Assembly: GCA_965228475.1 (NCBI GenBank)
Contig: OZ245817.1
Location: forward strand, 928,001 to 992,000
Origin: Myxococcota bacterium
Lineage (GTDB): Bacteria; Myxococcota_A; UBA9160; JAFDDA01
Reading direction: 5' to 3'
DNA length: 64,000 nt
The notes under the pieces are model-generated. The model was given only the letters and a program-made list of their open reading frames with translations. It was not told where the DNA came from and ran no database searches. This document shows positions 63,616-64,000 of this stretch, piece after piece. The position numbers and the translations under genes were made by a program. Position 1 is the stretch's first letter. Every line of letters begins with the position of its first letter.

Positions 63616-64000
63616 GTGAGCCTCGAATCGACCGACGTCGCCTGGGCCTGGTTCCTCGCGACCCTCGTCTTCCTGATCCTGCTCGGGACGGGACGGGTCC
63701 TGCGCGGGAACTTCCTCGGCGAGCTGCCCTTCGGCGGCGGCGTCGTGCTCTCGGCGGCTCTCGGCATCTTTGTCTACTCGATGCTCTGGATGGGGCTCGG
63801 CCACTTCGGTGCGCTCCACGCGCCGTGGCCGTGGGCGGTCTTCGGGCTGGGCGTGCTGCTCGCCTTGCCGGGCCTCCTCTTCACGCTGCGCGACGCACGC
63901 GCGCCGGCCGCGGGTCTCGAGCCCGGCTTCGGCCCCCGGTGGTTCGCCGGCGGGGCGTGGTTCTTCCTGCTCGCCTCGCTGCTCGTTTCCGTGCTCTGGA
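63616..64000 (+). CDS. Polytopic membrane protein (3'-truncated by window edge)
   Basis: My translation from GTG 63616 is open to the window end with at least 4 hydrophobic segments (AWFLATLVFLILLG, VVLSAALGIFVYSMLWMGLG...). Confidence 0.6.
   Translation, partial: MSLESTDVAWAWFLATLVFLILLGTGRVLRGNFLGELPFGGGVVLSAALGIFVYSMLWMGLGHFGALHAPWPWAVFGLGVLLALPGLLFTLRDARAPAAGLEPGFGPRWFAGGAWFFLLASLLVSVLW

Noticed and set aside
63542..63619. 25-codon ORF bridging the ECH gene and the last membrane gene
   Set aside because: Too short, with no recognisable motif; could be promoter sequence
1..64000. Prophage, IS element, defence island, tRNA or rRNA
   Set aside because: No integrase, transposase, phage structural, nuclease or RNA-gene signatures were seen; composition is uniform apart from promoter regions

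Overview
Gene-dense, very GC-rich (roughly 70% by eye) bacterial chromosome segment with about 60 CDSs. I found no rRNA, tRNA, CRISPR array, transposase or integrase. The gene content points to a Myxococcota/deltaproteobacterial lineage rich in actinobacteria-like lipid enzymes (inference). It includes DUF1329, PEP-CTERM and Cys-CTERM surface proteins, an HpnN/HpnM/VacJ lipid-transport cluster, a second MMPL, F420/LLM oxidoreductases, a CYP130-like P450 and a minimal flagellin. Housekeeping genes include nadE, glpD, a mitochondrial-type aconitase, ino1, rpoZ and tesB. The most striking unannotated element is the 382-bp gap between two convergent genes (35916-36297). It holds an IHF-like site and a near-consensus sigma54 promoter followed by a hairpin RNA with a U-rich tail, then a second terminator-capped RNA. 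The two share a perfect 13-nt complementarity, which makes them a candidate sRNA plus sponge pair. Other notable signals: a TAnnnT -10 box sits 6-8 nt before many start codons (probable pervasive leaderless mRNAs); there is a sphingomyelin/IPC-synthase-like PAP2 protein; an aldo-keto reductase carries an internal twin-arginine motif; a queuosine-salvage gene is coupled to a half-size permease; several domain fusions are unusual; and micro-duplications recur at gene ends. All product calls come from motif recognition by eye, and no database searches were run. Many start codons were moved from the ORF track using coupling and promoter evidence.
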